A DNA stretch of 63,822 bases, the filler included, from Octopus bimaculoides (taxonomy: Eukaryota), in assembly GCF_001194135.2 (NCBI RefSeq). It is 4 parts of 4 records of this genome, joined end to end, with 100 filler letters (N's around TTAATTAATTAA, not from the genome) between each part and the next. Parts side by side here need not be neighbours in the genome. Positions count along the whole stretch, not along the records: positions 30,645 to 50,647 come from NC_068991.1; positions 50,748 to 63,822 come from NC_068986.1; 2 more parts are not named here. One strand, given 5' to 3'. The stretch's first letter is position 1, and each line of letters opens with the position of its first letter. Below are positions 48,691 through 60,958 of this stretch, one piece after another. The notes beneath the pieces were generated by a model that searched no databases, was not told the DNA's origin, and worked only from the letters and a program-made list of their open reading frames with translations. The translations under genes were made by a program, and so were the position numbers.

Positions 48691-49732
48691 ATATACATTA
48701 TAACCGTTCCGAAATGAAAATCGAAATGGCGGCATTTGAACACAGAACACAGATGACTTGACAGTTCATGTCATTACTGACGTTCTTTTCTACTGTAAAT
48801 CTGTGAAAAGTAAATTCCTTTTATGGCCCAGGTCTTTCAGAAAAATAAAGAATTACTCATATATACTGCAATGTTGTTTTAGCGCCTCCCTGCACCGGTG
48901 CCACTTAAATTTGGTTAAATGATATTTATCAGTATTTGGCGTTATCTATTCAATCAAGAGAATCTAACTTTGTTAGTTTATGTAGCATTTCCTGTATTTC
49001 CTTTTACATATATCATAAATAATTTCATCTGAAATATTGTTTATGTTGTGATCTAACTGAGATTTATGTCGATAAATATCAGTTATCTAGAATTCAACAA
49101 ATACACAGATGTGGGCGTCTTCTCTAGCTTTACAAGATGGAATGTTACATAACATTTCTTCAATATATCAGAAAACAAAGAAACGCGAACATGGAGCTAC
49201 ACACGCTATAAAATGTGTATATTCATATGCCCCGGTAGTTAATTCGCTTGCTCGAGATTTAAGAGATACATAGTTCCGTCCTCTTGCAGGGTACCTTGCG
49301 ATAGTGACTCCAATGGTAGATATGTGCCTAATGAAATCACAAGAATAAAATTATAAATTGCATGAAAGCCGAACTAGTGGTCGTATTATTACTTATATAT
49401 TTTTCCGGTTGCAGTCATTGGACTGCAGCCATGATAAAGCGATCCCTTTCAAAACTTAGTCGAGCAAATCGAGTTCGATACGTATTTTAAATCTGGTATT
49501 TGTTCTAGCGGTGTCTTTTGCCGAAATGCTTAGTTACGAGGACGTAAAAAAAAAAAAGCAATACCGGTTGTCTTATATTTTCGGCAATTCTGAAACAGTA
49601 ATTCCATTCAAATTTCAGGCCTTGTGCCTTGAGTAGTAAAGATTATTCAAGCTTACGTCGATTCCTACGAGGTGTTGTTTTTGGATTTATAATAAAATAA
49701 ATATATACAAACCATAAGAAAAAAATACCATA

Positions 49733-49813
49733 CAGTACTGTTTCTACTTCGCGGAATTTCACCCGTCGCGGTGTTTATGGAACGTAAAACCCGCGATAGT
49801 AGAGGGATCACTG
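49733..49813. mobile_element. 81-bp pogo/Tigger-like mini-MITE
   Basis: TA|CAGTACTGTTTCTACTTCGCGG ... CCGCGATAGTAGAGGGATCACTG|TA (TA at 49731-49732 and 49814-49815). Confidence 0.7.
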
Positions 49814-49844
49814 TACGTAAAACGGCAAATTGAGAAATTGGAGA

Positions 49845-50155
49845 AATCAACCCCAGGACTTATTCTTTGTAAGCCTAGTACTTACTCTATCGAAATCTTA
49901 TGCCGAAACGCTAAGTTACAGGGATGCAAACATACCAAAAGAGGTTGCCTACGCTCTTCAACAGAAAGGAATAAGAGAAAATAGAGAGAGAATGAAGAAA
50001 AGCTTGTAGATTTCAGCGGTGCAGTTTCCATCTACTAAATCTACTCACAAGGCTGGAGGCTCTAGCAGATGATACTTAGCCAAGGTGCCAAGCAGAGGGA
50101 CTGAAACGGGAGCTATGAGGTGATAAGCAAGCTTCTTACCATACAGCCACGTCGA
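49845..50155 (-). mobile_element. SINE family A with a hammerhead-family fragment (49947-50005) in its middle
   Basis: Tail ccccaggacttattctttgtaagcctagtac; insert gcctacgctcttcaacagaaagg; head ccaaggtgcc...gggactgaa...cttcttaccatacagccac. Confidence 0.78.
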
Positions 50156-50269
50156 TAAATATATATATAAATATATATATATGTATATACATTTACATTG
50201 TTTTTTCGACTTAACATATATCATGTACAACGGAAAGGCTAGAGCAGAAATTATATTCAAACTTCATTA

Positions 50270-50400
50270 CGAACCACATGGTCCCGGGTTCAGTCCCACT
50301 TCGTGGCATTTTGGGCAAGTGTCTTCTACTATAGCTTCGAGCCGACTAAAGCCTTGTGAGTGGATTTGGTAGACGGAAACTGAAAGAAGCCCGTCATATA
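50270..50400 (+). mobile_element. SINE family A, head and CORE-like half
   Basis: ggtcccgggttcagtcccact...gggcaagtgtcttctactatagc...aaagaagcccgtc. Confidence 0.85.
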
Positions 50401-51911
50401 TGCATGCACTCACACGCTCAGACTCGCCCACACACTTATACAAACGCACATACACACGCCCACTTGCGCATACACACACACGCTAACAATCACGCAAACA
50501 TACACACACACACACCCAAGCATACACACCCTTGCACACATAACCCATATATACCCCCATTCACAAATACCTCCCACACACCTGACAACCCATACATACC
50601 CCCATTCACACATACCTCCCATACACCTACACACACACCTCCCACACNNNNNNNNNNNNNNNNNNNNNNNNNNNNNNNNNNNNNNNNNNNNTTAATTAAT
50701 TAANNNNNNNNNNNNNNNNNNNNNNNNNNNNNNNNNNNNNNNNNNNNATATATGCATGTATATATACATATATACATATATATGTAGGTATGTACATATA
50801 TGTATGGATGTATGCATATATTTATATATTATTTATATTATTATATATATATCTACATATATATATATATATATAATAATATAAATAATATATAAATATA
50901 TGCATACATCCATACATATATGTACATACCTACATATATATGTATATATGTATATATACATGCATATATGGGTACAGGACATCAAAAAACCCTTGAACAC
51001 AATGAGAAGCGAAAACATAAAATCAAAAACATAGAAAACGAACTTTTTTTTCGAACAACGAAAAAAACAAACAGAGAAACGAGACATACAACATAAAGAG
51101 TATACCCCTTCGTCTATTGTCCCTTTTTAATCTACTCCGCGTTTCGAAGGCAAGGACAATACGCGACTTCGTTGAAACAGTTCTTCTCGCAAAGCAAATT
51201 AAATAAAATTTGGGATTTTTTGCGGACAGTAAGTGTTAACAAAAACAGGACAGGGAGAACAAGACAGTAAAAACAAACGGTGAGGCTGTTGAGCCAAGAC
51301 GATAGAAAAATTATTATGAACGCTAGGTATATACATACATACATACATACATACATACATACATACATACATACATACATACACAAAATAGGAATAAAAA
51401 TTATGTTAGTGATAATTATCAGGAAGACAGCATGGAAATAAGCAATTTATCGCAATTTATATATTAAATTTATAATTATCTATCTATCTATNNNNNNNNN
51501 NNNNNNNNNNNNNNNNNNNNNNNNNNNNNNNNNNNNNNNNNNNNNNNNNNNNNNNNNNNNNNNNNNNNNNNNNNNNNNNNNNNNNNNNNNNNNNNNNNNN
51601 NNNNNNNNNNNNNNNNNNNNNNNNNNNNNNNNNNNNNNNNNNNNNNNNNNNNNNNNNNNNNNNNNNNNNNNNNNNNNNNNNNNNNNNNNNNNNNNNNNNN
51701 NNNNNNNNNNNNNNNNNNNNNNNNNNNNNNNNNNNNNNNNNNNNNNNNNNNNNNNNNNNNNNNNNNNNNNNNNNNNNNNNNNNNNNNNNNNNNNNNNNNN
51801 NNNNNNNNNNNNNNNNNNNNNNNNNNNNNNNNNNNNNNNNNNNNNNNNNNNNNNNNNNNNNNNNNNNNNNNNNNNNNNNNNNNNNNNNNNNNNNNNNNNN
51901 NNNNNNNNNNN

Positions 51912-51964
<53 letters not shown>

Positions 51965-52639
51965 CGCGTGTGTATGCTTATTTTTCTGAAGTTTTAATGC
52001 AACTGATACGATCTAAATCTAACATGGAGTTGTAAGCTTGCTTGCTAATATGACGAGAAACAAGCTGCCGTCTTTTTTATATATTTAAAAAAAAAATTTT
52101 ATCATTTAAATACCAGTATTTTTGCTGAAGGTGATGAAGTAACTGCGCCAATGTTGGAAAATTATTAAAGGTACTGTACATGTAAGTTGCTATGATACGT
52201 AGATTTGCACAGCTTTGAAACCAATATCATCATCGCCGTTCGTCATTGCTATCAACATCTGTCTGCATTCTAGGTTAAAAAAAAAAATGCATAACATCTA
52301 CTAATTTCTATATGTGCCGGAGTTGGTTGAATGAACAGGAAATCACCCAGCCAGGTCAGAAATTCAATATTGCCACAACTTTCAGAGTTGATATCTTATC
52401 TAGTTTCTAACAGTGGATCAAATGTTGACTAATTCTATTTAATAGTGTTAGCTAATTTTATAAAACTGACGGTATTTCTTTTATCAAAATTTGCATTTTC
52501 AAAAGTATATCTCACGTAATCTTCTTGAGTGAACTGGTCTTAATGTTAAGGCTTTAACTTTCAGTCTAGAATAGGCTGAATTATAACAAAACTGTGCATG
52601 AAAGCCAACAGTCTCTACTCAGTCACTTGACCTACTAGG

Positions 52640-53150
52640 TATGTTACCCAAATCTCCCTCAGATTTCACCATATGGAGGGCGCTGCTTTGGGTAGAGTGA
52701 GTATGAGACATCAGCAGTTTTCCTTGTAGAAGCTCTCTCCTCTCCACGCCACTGATGTTGTCCAGGGGTAAGGCAAGCGCATGTGCAACTTGTCACCAGT
52801 GTTGTCACGGAATTTTCCAAAACGATGTTGAAAACAATGCTGGACAGCCTTAGAAACGTCACCTGCAGATTTTTTTCTAGAGATTTCCCCCCGAAGTCAT
52901 TCCCATGGATGGATACTGCCGCAAGGTAGCGGAAGTTTGAAGTTAGTTTTCCCTCTCTTAAATGGACTCCCTTCTCAGGCGGAGGAGCTCTATCAGCCCG
53001 GTGCACTGATTTTAAAATACCAGTCGCTATTTCCGCCCGCTTCGTCAGTACAAACATTTCCGCCGGACTTAGAAGCTAAGTAGCAAGAGAAGGCCGGGAG
53101 TTAGATTTGGGTGTCAGAGGCTGTTTGAGTGGAAGCTTATGCCATTTATC
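52640..53150 (-). mobile_element. GC-rich non-coding fragment resembling the 5' region of RTE-clade LINEs
   Basis: Minus strand aaacttccgctaccttgcggcagtatccatccatgggaatgacttcggggg...atcagtggcgtggagagg resembles RTE 5' UTRs as I recall them; no protein homology seen. Confidence 0.4.
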
Positions 53151-53399
53151 ACTTCTCAGTTAGACTATCTTGTTGCCAAATACGAAATGATCATAAATAA
53201 AATGCTTTTAATCATAGGTTTGCTCAGTCTGGGAATTAAACAATGACAGTATTATTTGTAAATCGATCAGTTGATATACTTGGTACCATAAACTATGCTT
53301 TTGTTCATTGCTATAAGTGGTTATGGCGACAGGAACAGATAAAGACATTTTCACAGCCTTCCCGCTCTTAACCCAACATGACATCCAGGATGTGGCTGC

Positions 53400-53575
53400 T
53401 TGAGGAAAACGAGAATTGCACTCGCAATTGGTTCTCATTTCACCTCAGCGTACTGAGGCAACGTAAAGTACTTTGTTCAATGACACAACGCACGGCCTCG
53501 TTCACGAATCGAACCTACGATCTTATGATAGTTGACACCTATCTACTAGGCTACACACTTTCACAGTCCACTCGC
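53400..53575 (-). mobile_element. Decayed tRNA-derived SINE with CORE-like segment
   Basis: Minus strand gtgtagcctagtagatagg...ggttcgattcg...gcgttgtgtcattgaacaaagtacttta. Confidence 0.65.
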
Positions 53576-53998
53576 TAACATATTAAATCAGTCGTCTTCT
53601 GTCTTCTTTTTTAATATTATGATATATTTTTTTGAAACGTTATATCTCAACACTTCACTCTCAACTGAATCAAACTGAGGAAGATAATGATAATGATGAC
53701 GAAAATGATTACTGTTATAATATTTCAACAACTTCCTTAGAGAAATAGTAATAAAGGTTATAGTTTTCTTCGGTTGTTCAATAAAGGTAACCAATTCAAT
53801 AGACGATAGAAAATTTGAATATCAGTTACACTTATAAACACCGTCTACATCATATAAACCGTGGATAATATGCTACCGCTCCGCACAGAAAGAATAAATT
53901 GTAAGAACAGAAATATATTTATTTCTCAAACGCGTGATAGTGCTATAAATAGCGTGATCAGGATAAATTATCCATTTATTGCAGAAAAATACGCTACT

Positions 53999-54071
53999 GG
54001 CCAGCCATGAGACTCGAACTCACATCTCTGTGATTAAGCGTCAAGTGTTTTACCATTAAACTAAACTGCCC
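53999..54071 (-). pseudogene. tRNA-like gene or pseudogene (CTT at the anticodon position, Lys-like)
   Basis: Minus strand GGGCAGTTTAGTTTAATGGTAAAACACTTGACGCTTAATCACAGAGATGTGAGTTCGAGTCTCATGGCTGGCC. Intact D arm (GTTT/AAAC) and T arm (GTGAG-TTCGAGT-CTCAT). One acceptor mismatch, two anticodon-stem mismatches, G at position 33. TTTTT about 9 nt downstream. Confidence 0.6.
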
Positions 54072-54283
54072 AGCAACGAATTCTTCTGCACTATGTTACT
54101 GACTATCGCAGTCTGCAGGGTGCTTTATTTTGAAAAATTACATCTTCTGTTTGGGTTTCTTCCGACACATGCCTAAGTCACAGCATTTTTCATGCACCGA
54201 CATATTAAGCCCACAAATTGTTATAATAGCAGAAATAAAGTGAATAATATACAATATAATAATTACATATGCATTATATATGT

Positions 54284-54628
54284 GGAGGCGTAATGGCCCA
54301 GTGGTTAGGGCAGCGTACTCGCGGTCATAGGATCGCGGTTTCGATTCCCAAACCGGGCGTTGTGAGTGTTTATTGAGCGAAAACACCTAAAGCTCCACGA
54401 GGCTCCGGCAGGAGATGGTGGTGAACCCTGCTGTACTCTTCCACCACAACCTTCTCTCACTCTTTCTTCCTGTTTCTGTTGTGTCTGTAATTCAAAGGGT
54501 CAGCCTTGTCTCACTGTGTCACGCTGAATATCCCTGAGAACTACGTTATGGGTACACGTGTCCGTGGAGTGCTCAGCCACTTGCACATTAATTTCACGAG
54601 CAGGCTGTTTCGTTGATCGGATCAACTG
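54284..54628 (+). mobile_element. SINE family C, near full length (end in gap)
   Basis: tRNA-like head aatggcccagtggttagg...gtttcgattccc; body matches 61966-62283 in reverse. Confidence 0.9.
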
Positions 54629-55168
54629 NNNNNNNNNNNNNNNNNNNNNNNNNNNNNNNNNNNNNNNNNNNNNNNNNNNNNNNNNNNNNNNNNNNNNNNN
54701 NNNNNNNNNNNNNNNNNNNNNNNNNNNNNNNNNNNNNNNNNNNNNNNNNNNNNNNNNNNNNNNNNNNNNNNNNNNNNNNNNNNNNNNNNNNNNNNNNNNN
54801 NNNNNNNNNNNNNNNNNNNNNNNNNNNNNNNNNNNNNNNNNNNNNNNNNNNNNNNNNNNNNNNNNNNNNNNNNNNNNNNNNNNNNNNNNNNNNNNNNNNN
54901 NNNNNNNNNNNNNNNNNNNNNNNNNNNNNNNNNNNNNNNNNNNNNNNNNNNNNNNNNNNNNNNNNNNNNNNNNNNNNNNNNNNNNNNNNNNNNNNNNNNN
55001 NNNNNNNNNNNNNNNNNNNNNNNNNNNNNNNNNNNNNNNNNNNNNNNNNNNNNNNNNNNNNNNNNNNNNNNNNNNNNNNNNNNNNNNNNNNNNNNNNNNN
55101 NNNNNNNNNNNNNNNNNNNNNNNNNNNNNNNNNNNNNNNNNNNNNNNNNNNNNNNNNNNNNNNNNNNA

Positions 55169-55330
55169 AGCACCACCTTTTAGTCGAGAAAATCGACTCC
55201 AGGACTTATTCTTTGTAAGCCTAGTACTTATTCTATCGGTCTCTTTTTGCCGAACCGCTAAGTTACGGGGACGTAAACACACCAGCATCGGTTGTCAAGA
55301 GATGGTGGGGGGACAAACATAGACACACAA

Positions 55331-55364
<34 letters not shown>

Positions 55365-55520
55365 ATATATACGTCGGGCTTCTTTCAGTTTCCGTCTACC
55401 AAATCCACTCACAAGGCTTTAGTTGGCCCGGGGCTATAGTAGAAGACACCTGCCCAAGCTGCCACGCAGTGGGACTGAACCCGGAACCATGTGGTTGGTA
55501 AGCATGCTACTTACCACACA
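55169..55520 (-). mobile_element. SINE family A
   Basis: Reverse complement of the 44664-45118 copy. Confidence 0.92.
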
Positions 55521-55983
55521 AAAATATTTTATTGAAACCAGTGATTAATATTCCTAAGTATCCCTAATCGTGTTGTAATCTTTAAACTGGAGTCACATCT
55601 TCAGATTTTAAAAAAAAATGGAACATCGTGTCTCACAGTAAATACAAAACCCATGATTAGGAAGAACACAGAAGAATATCATCAGTTAGCAACCTCAGTA
55701 ATACAAATAAACTCAAACATGTCTTTCTAAGCCTTTTTCTTTTCTTCGTTTTCGTTCTATTGAATGCTGCCAATTGCTCTGTAACTTGGAAGGCTCCGAT
55801 TGGATGTAAGGCTTCTTTGCTTCTGTTTTTGTTTTCTTTTTGTTTCTTTTTTTCCTTTGAGGAGAAATTGCTCACCTCGTATTCAACCGTATTCTATTTC
55901 TGAAGAAAGAGATTCTGTAATTGGTCCCCCACGACCATTCCCACAAAGCGGCATAACCAATTTTGACTGATAGACAAATAGAT

Positions 55984-56057
<74 letters not shown>

Positions 56058-56058
56058 T

Positions 56059-56109
<51 letters not shown>

Positions 56110-58182
56110 GGAATCAAGTTCAACACCTCTACTGACTCCAAGTGGACGAAAGGTAGATTTGACCATAGCTGGACTTCAACTCATAATGCAGAGACCAGGA
56201 ACCAATACAGCAACACATTCTATCGTTTGCTCTAACAAATCTACCAAACTTCGCCGTCTTTACGGCAACAATATTTTCAAGATAAAATGTAAAAGTTGCC
56301 ATTTTGAATATAAGAATCATATTTTCAGTACTATTTTACACATTTTAAGCATAATATGGTTCACAGTTGAGCGTACCATGTTACCCTGGATATGTGAATA
56401 ATGAATTAGTGATAAGCGAAGCTATATGTACCGAGTTCACAGCGTTTGCATTTGGCAATAGAAAGAAAATCGAACTGTTAAACATCAGGTAAGGGAAAAC
56501 TAAAGAACACTTCGTCAAATTATTTAAGAGCGGTAATATATTGTGCTGTAGACTCAACCAGTCTATACTACAATGGAGAAATGGCATTAGAATAATGATG
56601 CTGATGGAAAAAAATTTACGAATCTATAATTGACATTCTAATTACATTTTAACCTTTACTAAACTGTATTTTTCATCATGTCAAAATAATCACATTTAGA
56701 TTTGACAGGTCATCACAATACTTTAGAATTTGTATCACTATTAATATATTTTGATTAATTTTTTTTTAATATGATTATGTAAGAGGGAGGCTAGAGATAG
56801 TGGATGCAATATCTATAATTAACCTTTAGATCAAAGTTCATTCTTTTAAGCTGATAGTATTTGAGACATAGATACATCATTGTTATCTAACGATTTTATC
56901 TCATATAACCTATATAACATTAAGTTGTATACATTACATCAATTTTCTCTTTTGCTTACATCTCGAAATCAAATGTGTGCATAGTGGTCTTGGTGACAGC
57001 TAGTAATAAACAATTGTAAATTGATCTTAAATCTTAGATACTATTCTAAATTAAGCTCATCTTTCTTTTTTATGATTTCAGCTCAATCGAGTATACCTAC
57101 TTCCAAAGGCATTTTAGTCATCACCATCCCATCTTTTAACTACCTTTATCTCAGATTACGTTATCCAATATATTATTTTCTTCTTAAGATGCTATGAAAG
57201 TCATATACAAAGAAATCAGGTACACTACAGTGAAATACTAAAGCTTTGTGGTCCACAGCGAACTTAAAAACAAGAACGCCTATATTTTGTCACAAAAGTA
57301 TACATTCTAAATCAATTATAAGTAAATCAACATATATATTATTATACACTGTATAATTAATGTGTTAATTTAAAATATTTCAAAATATTTATCCCCTTCT
57401 GAATTGCATTATACAACATAATGCAACGTACAAACATATCTCAACTTAAGTCGGTAACTAGTTCCAAGACATGCGGCCTAACCCGAAAAACGACGTAACA
57501 CGAAAAACATATTCAAAATTTTATTATCCTATATATATTTTAATAAATGGTTTGTACTTATTTTCATATGCATTTTATTTTCGCTATTGGTTTTAAGGTG
57601 TTTTGTTTTTAATTTAGATGTTAAAAAGAAAATATGCTTTTAAATATGTTTGCCGAGACCTAAATCGACGGAAACTGAGATTTGTTTTTCATTAGTTTAT
57701 TTTAAAAGACGATGGGAAGTCGAAAAGACATAACTCGTAATGATGTAGTTATGCCTGTATATTTATATTCCATGAAGTTTTCGCTATTAATTTTGTAGAT
57801 CGCCCTTGGTTTATATATCACCGCCGAACCCACCTTCTGCCAAACCATCAGCAACTCTGCATCTATCGAACTAACCAGCCATTTTTTTTTTACCTCGACC
57901 ACCAACTACACATCTATATTCCACGCAAAGCTTCTCACCTATCGGACCCTGTAATACTTCAAAGTCAACTGATTCTTGTTCCATGCGACTTAGCTTTCTG
58001 AAAGCTGTACTCATGGTCACTGAAGAGAAAGAATGACTCAAGATGTTGGAAAAAAATTATTGCTAATGACTATCTCCATTTTCTTTGGGAAATTAGAAGT
58101 GAGTATGATATGACGATAGTGGTTAGGTCAGTGGTGTTACCCTTCTAGCAAATGGAACCAACAAACTTGTGTAGTAGAAATA

Positions 58183-58623
58183 TTGGTTTCGAATTTTGGC
58201 ATCAGGCCAGCAATTTCGGCGGCGGGGGAAGTACTGTTACTTATTTTATCGACCTGGCATTTATTTTATCGACTCCGAGAGTATGTACAACAAAGTCGGC
58301 CTCGGCGGAAATTGAACTCAGAGCGTAAAGACGAACGAAATGCCGCTAAGTATTTTGTCCAGTGTGCAAACGATTTTCCCAGCTCGCCGCCTTGTGTGAT
58401 AAAAATATCGATTTCAAATTTTGGTACAATGCCAGCAATTTCGGGGAAGCGGCTAAGTTGGTTACATTGACCCCAGTATTCAAGTGGTACTTATCTTATC
58501 GACTCCGAAAGGATGAAAGGCAAAGTCGATCTTGGTAGAATTTGAACTCAAAACATAAAGGCGGTCAAAATGCCGTTAAGCATTTTGCCCGGCGCGGTAA
58601 CGATTCTGCCAGCTCGCCACCTT
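58183..58623 (-). mobile_element. Two family B SINEs in direct tandem (58183-58393 and 58408-58623)
   Basis: Each starts with tttc(g/a)aattttgg...gccagcaatttcgg and ends with ccagctcgcc(g/a)cctt. Confidence 0.85.
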
Positions 58624-58624
58624 G

Positions 58625-58975
58625 TGTAGTAGAAACATTGCCAGTTATATGCTGACCGTTCCTGATATTACATCGCTTTCACTCTTGGTTCATCAGAAAC
58701 AGTCAGGCGGATGGCTGAATCCATCTGAGACAATTAGAAAAAATTCCTTTTTGCACAGTCGGCGAGAAGGCGATTTTAGTGCAAGTAAGATGAGAAGTGG
58801 ATAAGTAGAAATAGGTGTTGAAGCCACTAAGTCGGTAATGCCTAGAGGTAGACTAGTGAGGTATATTGATAGTGATAGAGATGCCAGTGATAGGGACAAG
58901 AACTTTGGAGACGATAAAATAAATTCTGAGACTAGGCGGAAGATGATGTACGAAATAAGTTGTTGAATTCATCCC
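58625..58975 (-). mobile_element. Very decayed LINE fragment (end of apurinic endonuclease domain, CR1/L2-group-like)
   Basis: Minus frame IQQLIS...SPKFLSLSLAS...YLTSLPLGITDLVASTPISTYP...SRRLC...PPDCF loosely parallels the EQLV...PNILDLFLTS...SPLGSSDH...PISP...RR.LW...DYCF pattern. Confidence 0.4.
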
Positions 58976-60583
58976 TGAGGCATTGATGTTTCTCGGTTCT
59001 TCCTGCGCACACAGGCATACTTTAAAAAAATCTTATTTTTAATCATGGCATGTCCTTGTTTGTATATATTATTGAATGCCTTTTGTTCTACTTGTTGACC
59101 TTTTTCTCATTAACCTATTAATAATAATCACTATCTTGGCATTTTTCTTGTGTAATTGTGCGCTTAAGCGTAAACAATACTATCAGTTTAACTGACGTGC
59201 TTACTTCTTTAATCGCGGGACTTATTTCAAACATTTTTTTTTTTCTTCATTCATCGCTATTATCTCTCATACATCTTGTTTCGCAGATCATATTTGCCTT
59301 TCCTAATCTTTCACGTCTTTAAAAATCACTTGTTTATCACCCAACCCAAATTCACGGTGCCAACAGCGGCAACGGCAGCGACAGCGGCGACGGCGGCGAC
59401 GGCAGTGACAATGGGGGCAGTGATGGGTTAGCAGGCCGAAAACTTCAAAGCCACTCTCCATATTATTCCTGGTAAAGAATTACACACACACACACACACA
59501 CACACATACACACACACACACACACACACTTACGCGCGCGCGCGCACACACACACACACACATAAAACAGTTTTGAATAAAATATATTTGTGTAATGTCA
59601 TATTTGATATGTTCGTGTGCATTCGAATTTGAGAAGACAGTCTACTTCGGAAACAGACCTAAGAGAAATTGCTACTCCTCGAAGAAACATTTCGGTTGTA
59701 AATGATGTTATTGAATCGTAAGATCCAATTCTTAAAAACTGGATATTGTTGTTCTTGACATATAAAAATAAAACTGTACAACCACAACTGGAAAGCCTTT
59801 GCTTATTAGCATGATCGCATTATCAATGTAAAACTAAAGTTCCTCCGAATTTGATATTACTTAAATCAGATCTTTAGTTTTAAAGCTGTATATTTAGTAT
59901 CATGAATAGTTTATAAAAAGATTGAACACGTCAATTCAACATATATTTTCGCCAAAACTTCGTACAAAGATACAAAACAGCTAAACTGACAAATTTGATT
60001 TACTATTTTGATGCATGATTAGTTTTCATTTCCATCCCTTTAGATTTTTATATCTTTCTTGCAGAAAGCCTAACCGGTTTTTTGGTTTTCTGCTTTCGTC
60101 CTTGTTTGTTTGTTTGTTAGTCTGCGCGTGTGCAAGTATTAGTGTATAGATGTACTGTGTAAAAATCTTTTGATAAATGCTGATAATGTAAATAATAGTC
60201 TGAGACACACGTCTAGTACAATCATCATTTTGTATCAGAGCGTATTGAATTTTAGTTGCATTTGATTATTTTCGGGATATCCTGTTCCTAACAGGTCTAA
60301 CTTATTCTGTTGTGGAAATTGTGCATTTGTCGCAGGTCCAGTAATTTCGGCAACTTCTTTTATCATTTAAAATACATATTGTGTATGATTTTGAAGATGT
60401 GTCGTAGTTTTCCTCTCCAAGAATCCAATTCAAGGAAGTCAATCTCGATCGCTACCAGTTTTTCCGTGCTCGAATTGATATATATGAGAAAGTTGGGAAT
60501 GGAATTTGTGATGTGGCAGAGAGGAAGAGAGAAAGTAACATTTCCTTAAGAGAAGACATGGACCATCGTTATTATCTTTTTAT

Positions 60584-60958
60584 CTTTTACTTGTTTCAGT
60601 CATTTGACTGCGACCATGCTGGGACACTGCGTTGAAGGGTTTAGTCAAATAAATCGATCCCACTACATTCTGTTAAGCCTAGTATTTATTCAATCGATCT
60701 GTTTTCACGAACTGCTAACTTGCTGGGTTGTAAAAAAGCCAACACTGGTTGTCAAGTGGTAGTAGGAAACACACACACACACACACACACATGTATATAC
60801 GACGGGCTTCTTTCAGTTTCCGTTTACCAAATTCACTCACAAGGCTTTGATTAATCTGAAGCTATAGTAGAAGACACTAGCCGAAGATGCAACAGAGGGA
60901 CTGAAACTGGAACCGTATAGTTGAGAAACAAACTTCTTACTACACATCCACGCCTGCG
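60584..60958 (-). mobile_element. SINE family A
   Basis: Tail acttgtttcagtcatttgactgcgaccatgc; head cttcttactacacatccacgcctgcgcc. Confidence 0.9.

Noticed and set aside
56367-56488. Open segment between CAG and CAG|GTAAGG
   Set aside because: It is open only in phase 0 and has a stop in the phase-1 frame required by the 4906 donor. No pyrimidine tract and no homology.
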